This document shows positions 54,701 through 64,000 of a stretch of DNA of 64,000 nucleotides, one piece after another. Source of the DNA: the human T2T-CHM13v2.0 reference genome, Homo sapiens; the NCBI RefSeq assembly GCF_009914755.1, contig NC_060926.1; one strand, 5' to 3'. The notes under the pieces were generated by a model. The model had not been told where the DNA came from. It was given only the letters and a program-made list of their open reading frames with translations, and made no database searches. The translations under genes and the position numbers were made by a program. The first letter of the stretch is position 1; each line of letters opens with the position of its first letter.

Positions 54701-57129
54701 GTGTGCAAAGTAAAGGATCAATTTCATAAGTGAGGACTGGGAGTGAGAGGGAGCCCATATCTCTTAACCGTACTCTCTAGGGCTTTGCCTCAATACCAGA
54801 AAGCTTACATCCTGCAACTCCACAAAAGAAAGCCCTCTGTTTGGGTGAAGGGTTAGAAGGAAGTCCAGTGTTCTTGTATTCAGCAGTACAGAGTAGAGTC
54901 TTTGTTTACCTGAGCTTGGAGCAGAAAGATAGAATAGTCTTGGTCCAACTACCACAGGCTTTCACCTTTTTTTTACTATTTTTTATAGATATCTTAAATA
55001 AATGTTTTCTCATTTGTCATTCCTTTTTAGGACTCTTTATAGAGGCTTTAATATTATGTAATTGTCATCAGTTTTACTGGGCACAGCTCAGCAGAGCACT
55101 CTGCACTAAAATACTGGAAGTCAATCTATTGAACTGAGATGTTTAAAAGTGAAGTCTTGTCTTAACTGCTTAATCTAGGCTTCTGGAGCTCCATTTAACA
55201 CAATTATTCTGTTTTCAGTTATTTACTCCTTACATTATTGTATGTTTAATGTATTGCTGTTAAAGTTTAAGAACATAAAACTTCTTTCCAAATTATTCAT
55301 GTGTTATTTATAAAGAACTCTATAATACTGACTTATTTTTAAATGGAAGAATGGTTTTAACTTCATTTAACAGGATTTAGAAGAACACACAAATGATAAG
55401 GTTAGACTCAGAAAAACAACTGGAACAAATACAATAATTCTTTCTCCTATTTATTATGATGAAGTTGACATGATACATTAAATATGCATGGCTTGTATAT
55501 GTAAACAATGTCAGATGATGTACTATGAGACAGTCTAAATTAAAACAATGAGAGATCCCCTTAGATAAGCATTACGCAAATATCAGACATAAAACACAAA
55601 GACCATGGTAAGCCCACTCCTTTCATTACTCTTGAACACATGGAAATTGACTTTAGTATTGATGAAATATTACAAAATCCTAAACCTGTGTCTATGTACT
55701 GTTAATTCATAGGTAGATTTTTAGGAATGACTAAGATTTATTGCAAAATATAAGACGAATAAAAAGTAAATTAAAATAGCTTGAGTCAATTTACACGCCA
55801 CTTTAGAAACACATTAGTTTTATTTTACATCTTTCCAAAAGACAGATGGTTATTAGCTATGCTTTAAAATGAAACTTGTATACTATCCAAGTAACAAGCA
55901 AAATGCCCAAGACTACATTGGCATAATTTAACAACTGCAATTATTGGGCAAGGCAGTCTGTGAAATTGAGAGTCTCTGCATGCAGAGCTTCTAAACATAT
56001 ACTCCAGTGTTTGGCAGAGGTGTGTTAATATTTAATCCACAATAGTATCTAATAGACTCAGTCCCCCAGTTACTAACAGAATGCATTATTCAAAATGAGG
56101 GTATTACTTCAAGAGTTAATAAAGTCACTACATACCTCATTTTCTACAAGTAGGTTTGTAATCATAGGAAAAATTAAGCTTGTGACATAATGGATATGCT
56201 AGTTTTTTTGCTTCAAAGTTCAATACTTACCAAAATGTAGTTAATTTTTAATTGTTGTTAAGTCATATAAGTGTTACACTGGTGTTGACTTTAGAAAATG
56301 TTTCAATCAGAAACTGAAATAGGATAAATTCACAAGTATTAGTTATATAATTTTTAAAGGAATTTTTTGCACATTAGCACTGCTTTGTAATGGCAAAATT
56401 TTTAAAGAAATTATAAGATGAAATAATACTAGTTGTCATTTATAAAGTTGTATTTTTCAACTAACTTTGAAATGCTTTACAAACACAATTTCTTAAATCC
56501 CAACCTCATATTTCTCATGCAACCTGTTATAGAAACTGTTTTATTTGGAAAAGATAATATCTGTATTTCAATTTTAGTAGATTACCTTAATATCATAGAA
56601 GTCAATATCCAAGTGAAAATCTTGTTTGTTGTAACTAATGAGTGCCCTCTGGAAGTGATGGCAGGTCATTACCATTATTCAAATTTATATGATCAGCCTA
56701 TCCTATCTAGACTCATTTTCAGTGATAGATAGATTAATAAGACTTTCTGTATTTGTGTTCTTTTTAAAGCAAAATAGCAGTGCCTTGTACTATATTCTGA
56801 AGATTTGAAGGAATCACCCTATCATTCATTTGGCTGATTCTGAAATGACAACCTCATTCTTAGCTTCCACCCAGACTGTCAGCATCTTCAGTGTGAAAAA
56901 ACAGAATATAACTTCAAAGTCAAATTAGATTTGTTGGGGAAATAAATAAGTGGATATATACAAATAGTTTAAAGCAACAGAGGAAAAGAAACTAAAACAT
57001 GAACTTTGAAATTTGTTAATAATCAAAGAAATTATTAAACATAATTTTAAATCTATAATTATTAGCAGATTAGGTAAACTATCTAATGTTTAAAATGAAC
57101 ATTAACTTGTTATTTATTCAAAGGTGTCT

Positions 57130-57210
57130 TTGGGCTATCTTAGGGCTGTTGTGAGGATGAAGTGTATAATTCATGAATATACTTGGCATGATGCCCGGCA
57201 TGTAGTATCT
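57130..57210 (+). mobile_element. MIR fragment
   Basis: TAGGGCTGTTGTGAGGATGAAGTG...TGCCCGGCATGTAGTA. Confidence 0.6.
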
Positions 57211-59675
57211 TTTGATTAAGATGGTCTCTTACTATAAGTGTGACTATTAATGGAGGAGGCAATAGAGGAGAACATCATGGGACTAGCTCCGCATACTTAT
57301 CCCGATGGATATTTCTGTCCCATGAAAAGAAAAATATATTAACAGAAAGTTAAAGAATAATATAATAGCAAAGTAGAAAATATTAATGGAGAAAAAGGGA
57401 ATCAAGAAAAATGACACAACAGGTTATTTGAACAGTGGGTTTAAATGTAATACATTGAGAACTCAAGGGTTGGATGTTTTTGAAAGCCAGAAGAATAAGA
57501 ATCTGTTCAGGGTATTGAATTATCACCTAAGTCATTTCCAGTGTTGACAGCATTTGCGATGAGGTGTTTTTTTGTTTGTTTGTTTGTTTTCTGTGGCTTC
57601 ATGGGCTGTAGGCATCTCTAAGTAGACCAAATAAATACATTCCTCATAAGTGTAGGTGAGATATTCTGATGTAATTCAAAATGATCTTAGTGTAGGGAAA
57701 ACAATTTTTGTCATGTAAAAGTTGCAGACATGTATTTTTCTGAAAAATAAATCTAAAGATGATGATTTATGCCCATCATCTGATGAAGTATGAGAATAAG
57801 TAAGATTGAGTAATGTATAAGTTTTAAAATGTAGTATCCAAAAGTGTAATCTATTTGCCAGGGGGAATGTTATGGAAAAATAATTAGAGTCCAAGCCTGA
57901 AAGTAACTTAAATCAATTCCGCCTTTATTTCATTGGCCACAGGTGCATGACATCATTCCAACTAAAAGCAAAGGGAGAAAGCATATGGACTCAGCCAATA
58001 ATTTCCAGACACTCATTGACAAAAAACAAAAGATATTCATGGTTATCACAAATACAAATATATACTAAGCTCCTAAAGATGTTCACTAGCAATCCAATAA
58101 AACAAATTGAAACAGGAAATATACTGAAGAAGCTACTGTCATTCACTCTTAGTAAATATATGTGAAATTCATTTTAAGAAATCAGATTTGGCATTTTGAT
58201 TCAAGAGTCTTAAAATTTTTAAACACTATAATCTCAATAATTTTATTCGGAAAATAATAAGAAATGTGTTCAAATATTTATAAATAAATATATCATTATA
58301 ACATAGTTTAAAGCTCTAATTAGATTGATTTTTAGTAATGTTAGACCTAGATGTATGATAACTTTTTTCTTTTTTGTACATTTTTACATTTTGCCAATTC
58401 AATTATATCAGGTTATGTTATTTTGACATATTTTTAAGACAAGAAACAAAAAGCAATTGCATCAATAAAGATTAATTTCCACTTTAAGTAAAAACAACCA
58501 CAAAATAAAAATGGCTTCAACATAGCAGAAATTGTGTTTTATGATAAAAGTTTGAGGGTAAGTAGCCAGGACTGTAGCCCAGTTTCATGAGAATCTCAGA
58601 GACGCAACCTCATTTGATCATATTATTTTACCATGTTCAGATGCTTCAAATGTGAACTTCATCTATAACATGCCATCTTATTCATATTTGAGAAGAAGTT
58701 GTCTTTGGTGATAATTCTTTGTGGTCTGGCATTTCTGCACATGCTCTAATCACAGAAGCCAATTTAGGAATGGTTTTACAAGCAAGCATCCTTGGAAAGG
58801 CAAAACAGTCGTTACATCCAGAGAAATTCAGAGACATGTCTCCTAGCCAAAGACATTATACCTCCTCAGAGACATTCCAGGATAGGAATGTAGTTTTCCT
58901 ATTTGGAAAAGAGTTTGGCTTACAGTCAGGATAATAAAGTAATGTCTTTCTCTGGGGAAAATTATAAGATTAAGAGTTCCCACTAGTAGAGTTCTCCTTA
59001 GCAGTGAAACAGACTCATGTGCATAGCATCTTCCCAGATCTGCTCTGCATTGCCCTCGTAGAGTTGGGAGTGGGGCAAGTAGCACCAACATTAACCTGAA
59101 GTTAATGCTGCTTTCTGTGCACTGAATATAACCCATTTGTCTAAATGCATTTGTACTCATTGTTTTCTTGCCAACTTCCATAAAAATTGTGGTAAATTAG
59201 CCTAGGGGCTATGCTTCTGCTTGGCAATTGCTTGACCACTTGACTTACATAAAAAAAGAAGTGAAAAAGGGAATGCAGACATAAGAGCTGTTCTTTTAGG
59301 AGTATTCTCAGAACTTACCATGGTGTACATGGGAAGAGTTATTGAGGAGTCAAGCAAAACTCTAAGAGTGACCAGGAATTATAGTTTTAATTGTAGCTAC
59401 GTTACTAGCACAGTTATCAGCAGTCCTACTATAGAAGAAGGAAAGCTGATATCATTGGAAAACTAGCTGTTGTCCTATTGAAGTACTTATGCTCAAAAAA
59501 AGGAAATAAGAGACAATTGGCAAGAAAACAATGTGGAGTGAAATTAAACTTTTATGAATGTATGTACTATGTGTGTTCACACAGAAGCAAATATCAAGTG
59601 ATCTGATGAATGTTAATCAGTCTATTGGCCAAAATGGGCAATTAATAATAGATACTAAGTCAAATGTTTAAAGTA

Positions 59676-60021
59676 CAGTCATGCATTGTTGAATGACAGG
59701 GATACATTCTGAGAAATGCATCATTAGATGATTTGGTTGTTGTGCAAACCTCATCGTGTATATTTACACAAACATGGATGGTATAGGTTGCTACACACTT
59801 AGGCTATACGGTATAGCTTACGGTTCCTAGGCTACAAACCCATACCGCATGTTACTGTATTGAATACTGTAGGCAATTTTAACACAATAGTAAATATTTG
59901 TGTATCTAAACACATCTAGATATAGAAAAGGTACAATAAAAGTGTCATATTATAATCTTAATGGGACCACCATCAAGTATGTGGTCTGTTGACAGAAATG
60001 TCATTGTGTGGTACACAACTG
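59676..60021. mobile_element. Tigger3a (MER7A-like) DNA transposon
   Basis: CAGTCATGC...GGATACATTCTGAGAAATGC...CCTAGGCTACAAACC...CAACTG with TA TSD on both sides. Confidence 0.9.
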
Positions 60022-61149
60022 TAATATATTTTAAACTTCAGCCAGATTTTAGGACAAGTTTTGAAATAAAGAGTGAGAACAAATGCTGACAAATATGTTT
60101 ATAGTAGACAAAAGAAGCTGAACATTCAGCTACTGTGTCTTCAGGGAAATACTCGGTTGACAATCAGGACAAAGGGCATTGTTAGAATATACAGGAATGA
60201 CATATAAGCAAGCAAATGTGTTAAGAATATGAAGATATTAAGGCACTACCTAAGAACTTTATCACTAGTTTTGGTATAAATTGATCTTATTTAAATAAAT
60301 ACTAATAAAACATACAATCAGATATTTGGATAGTAAGAAATAATTCAGGATTTCATGGAATGACTTTTTTCCCCTCTGAGGCTATTGTAATTATAAATCT
60401 GTAATACAGGAAAGAGAGAGAGAAAGTATTGTAGCCCCATAAAAGATACATTTAAATACTTTAAGCAATTTCTCAGTCCATTTTGAAGAGGAAGTAAAAT
60501 AAGTCCTAAAACTGTCAAGCATGAGATTTAGACGTTTGGTGGTAGTGATTTTGTTTTATTTTCTGTGATTAAACCTGTTTACTCATTTTCTAAAATTTTG
60601 CAGCAGGTATAAAGGCAGATTAAGCAAACCTAATTGTACTGAATAAATTTAGAAGGATGTAATCTTGTTATTAATTGTCATTCATTTGCTTTATTTGCAT
60701 ATCATGATGGCCTTATCTATTTTCCAATTAGTATCCCCTGTTTTTAGTTTATCAAGTGATTCCAACAGAAAAATCTCAGTGTATTTTATTATGGGTTTGG
60801 TAAAAGTGCCCGATCTAGCAGATAATTACACTTTCCAAGACACTTTTATAGGCTTTTATTTCATAGCCCATGAAGCTCAATATTTCGTGAATTTTATAGT
60901 CCATGAAATAAAGAGCTGGTGTAGCAATAAGTTAAACCATTTAGGTTTCAAAAATGAATGTTAATTCTGAGATGCATTATGCTATAGGCCAATTGTCTAA
61001 TGAGTTTGAGAGTAATTTTATTTTTATATATTTGGAGCAGACACTTTATCACATAAACACATTTTTTTTTTTACTCAAGAAAAAGTCCAAGATGAAAGAA
61101 GTCAGGCAAAATGAGGAATAGATTTCTATCTCTGATTTCAATCATATCA

Positions 61150-61290
61150 GGTGCTGGAACTGAAGCCAATAATTTAGGTTTCGAAAATTGTTCTTCCATT
61201 TAATAACTGTGTAACTGTGTGCATATCACCTAACTTCTTTGAGTTCAGGTTATTCATCTATATAATTATGTTAATTATACCTCATTATAT
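61150..61290 (+). mobile_element. MIR fragment
   Basis: AACTGTGTAACT...TCACCTAACTTCTTTGAGTTCAGGTTATTCATCTAT resembles the MIR core. Confidence 0.55.
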
Positions 61291-61849
61291 GTCTATCTCA
61301 TAAGATAGTAGATTTTAAACTTTTCTAAATAGCAAGACCTTGTTTTTTAAACAAATGAAATGTTATTCAGAAATCCAATTAATAAACACAATTTGTTCTG
61401 GATGAAAAGGGAATGGCAGGCAGCATTGAAAAAGAGGCTGGTTCAGCTTCAAGTTTCCTTTCCTTCCTCATGGCCCTTCCCACCACAGGCTATCTTAATA
61501 ACAACTTTGCATATCAGTAGGGCTTAAAGTACTCTTTGAAATACTTTGCCATTTAAATATTCTCATCTATAAATTGCCTAACATAATAAAGTATTAAATA
61601 AATTAGTGGCATTATGTTGCTAAATTAGTGAGGCAAATCTGTTCCCTAAACATTTTCTGGAACAGAGCACCTTCCAAACATTTTTTTGATAAAATATAAT
61701 GCATAGAGCAAACGCATTCACTCTTTTTAATTACATTCTTAAAATGCATGGCTTTAATCATGCATGAGAATTATTTTCAGAATCCTAAACTGTCCTAAAT
61801 ACAATAGTTTTTTAATATTTGCATATTTACTGAAATTTTGAAACTATAT

Positions 61850-62036
61850 ATGTTTATATGTGTGTGTGTGTGTGTGTGTGCGTGTATATATAAATCTCGG
61901 CTCACTGCAACTTCCACCTCCCAGGTTCAAGCGATTCTCCTGACTCAGGCTGGTCTTGATTCCTGACCTCTAGTGATCCGCTCGCCTTGGCCTCCCAAAG
62001 TGCTGGGATTACAGGTGTAGCCCACCGCGCCCAGCC
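61850..62036 (-). mobile_element. Deleted AluS remnant (61893-62036) with a (TG)n/TA microsatellite in place of its 3' end
   Basis: Antisense Alu with central deletion joined at CAG; flanks TGAAACTATAT (61839-61849) / TGAAACAATAT (62037-62047) look like a TSD. Confidence 0.85.
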
Positions 62037-62483
62037 TGAAACAATATGAAATATTCAGTTTTGATTTCCAAGAGTATGAAGCTTTATTAATGCATAATGT
62101 AATCTTATTTTTTTTCTACCAATGAATACAGATAGAAAAAAATGTTCCTAACAGGAATTTCTACTAATGTATTGTCAGTCAAAATTTAATCTGAACTTAA
62201 ATTTTCTATATATTCACCACAAACTAAACAAATTCCAAAAACAAATAAAATGTTATTTGGAAAATAAAATCGGATGTATTACATCTCTTGTTCATGTTTG
62301 AAGAGGCTGAGTGGAGTTCACAGTTTTGTCAGAATCAATATACAGAAGGCAATGTAAATTTTTTGTACATTACTAAGTTTTTAAATAAAGAATATGCATG
62401 TAAAAGCAAATCCATTTTCAAGAAGAGTGAACTATGTATATTACCTAAAATTAAGATATGAATGTGTTCAAATTATAAATATA

Positions 62484-62862
62484 CAGTTGACCTTCAATAA
62501 TACAGTTTGAATTGTGCTGGTCCACTTATACATGAGTTTTTTTTCAATAATATATTGGAAATTTTTTTGTAAATTTGCGACAATCTGAAAAATCTTGCCT
62601 AGCCTAGAAATATTTAAAAACATTCAGAAAAAGTTAGGTGTGTCATGAAGGCATCAAATATATATAGCTACTAGACTGTTTATGTCTTTATTGGCTGTTA
62701 TGTTATTGGTAAGGCTTCCAGTCAACAGTAGGCTGTTAGGTTATCAGCAAGGCTTCCAGTCAACATTAGTTAAGTTTTTTTGGGAGTCAAACGTTATACA
62801 TATGATCTTGACTGTGTGTGAGGTCAGTAGCTCTAATTCTTGCGCAATTCAAGGGACAACTG
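62484..62862. mobile_element. Tigger2-family deletion derivative
   Basis: Terminal inverted repeats CAGTTGACCTT...AAGGGACAACTG, TA TSD, internal AAGGCTTCCAGTCAACAGTAGGC. Confidence 0.88.
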
Positions 62863-64000
62863 TAATTTATATTATTCTCTATGAGGATTTCATTGAATAG
62901 TCCACATGTATATCTCCCTTCTTTCAATGCTATGTATAAATAAATTTATGGGAACTAATTTAATATATGAAATGCTATGAAAGTGTAATTCCTTTAATCT
63001 AAAAGACATGACCACTTTTCCTTCCCTGGAGACCTGTTCTTCTCTGCTGGAATGTTCTCCCTTCATTCAATATCTGCCTTCTGGTGATGCAAAAACCATT
63101 GCAAGCCACAGGTACATACATATTATATATATTTATACAGTCTGTCTCATACACACACAAATGTATGTATATGAGATAGAGTATATAAATATATACATAT
63201 AATGTAAAATATACACTAGAAAAAGATTAAGTCATTTTCAAATATCAACATAAATGTCCTAATACAATTTTTCAGTTTAAAAAATAAAAATGTTAGTGGC
63301 CCTACAAAACTGTGAAAGTCCTGCTCACTTGTGCAAGATGGGCGTAGCTATCAGAACCCATGAAAAGAATTTAAATATTGTTTATTTTCACCCACTCCTA
63401 TCTTAGGGGAGGGCAAATGTTACTTCTTTTTCCTCTGTGTACTTTATATGGATTGGTTATTTAGTACACCCTTTGTTTGCTATAGATTTTGAGATAAATC
63501 CAAAGACAGATAAAAGAAGTTTTATCATATTGGAATCCCAGTGAGAATTTTTACTTCTTCCTCCCCATGATATACTTTCAAGAGTCCAGAGCTCTCAGAC
63601 ATGTGGCTGCTGGGCTTTTGCTTAGTGGCAGTTAGTATGATGACCTGTGGATTTCTTAGTTTGTGCAAATTTGCCAATAAGGACAGCAGAGCTGTCTACA
63701 ATAGAACGACTCATCCACACATCTGACCAGGCCCTTATCTGTACTCCTAGGGTTGCAAATATGAAATAGTGCTAGTTTTGGCATATGATGTAAACACTCT
63801 CCTGGATACTACCTTAGGCTTACAAGGAGAAATAGAGGACTAATTAACAACTCAATTTGCAAAAAAACAATGCTTAAATTACTCATAAACAGAGGACAAA
63901 AATAAAAAATGACATGTACCAGACCTTATTTTTCTTTGATATGGCAAACATATACATGTTTCCAGCTAAAACCAATCATTTATAAAAATAATCATACAAA

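Larger units (their letters stand above)
49172..55130 (-). mobile_element. Continuation of the old L1MB/L1M4-like host (ORF2, ORF1, 5' region)
   Basis: Antisense RT and endonuclease remnants (ATCATGTCATCTG, GGAATAAATCCCACTTG, TTAGGTGCATATA) in T-rich sequence; right boundary approximate. Confidence 0.75.

Noticed and set aside
60550-60650. Pyrimidine-rich tract with TTTGCAG followed by AATAAA, a possible terminal or micro-exon
   Set aside because: Such motifs arise often by chance in AT-rich DNA; no ORF or partner exon supports it.
62702-62765. 26-bp direct repeat (38-bp period) inside the Tigger2 element
   Set aside because: Ordinary small local duplication in a dead transposon.

Overview
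AT-rich hominid genomic DNA, intergenic or intronic; the SVA element restricts it to apes. No host protein-coding exon, RNA gene or CRISPR array can be supported. About two thirds of the window is transposable elements: a full-length SVA (B/C-like), a HERV-H provirus with two LTR7 LTRs that still carries a decayed env, a full-length L1PA6-like element, a twin-primed L1PREC2-like element, nested older L1M elements, six Alus, solo LTRs (LTR10, LTR7B, THE1A, MER21, MER50, MLT1) and DNA-transposon fossils (MER2, MER5A, Tigger3a, Tigger2). The recognisable ORFs in the track are repeat-derived; the rest look like chance ORFs. I found no evidence for a new biological system. The most unusual signals are structural: (1) about 400 bp of nearby unique DNA copied into an L1, with a junction motif repeated three times (templated insertion); (2) a hidden 217-bp polyadenylated insert with a perfect 12-bp TSD that is not a sense retroelement (orphan transduction or retrocopy); (3) a 124-bp tandem duplication inside the SVA Alu-like domain; (4) very uneven divergence along the two HERV-H LTRs, suggesting gene conversion. 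Subfamily names come from remembered consensus features and need RepeatMasker/Dfam confirmation. Mismatch counts are hand counts.
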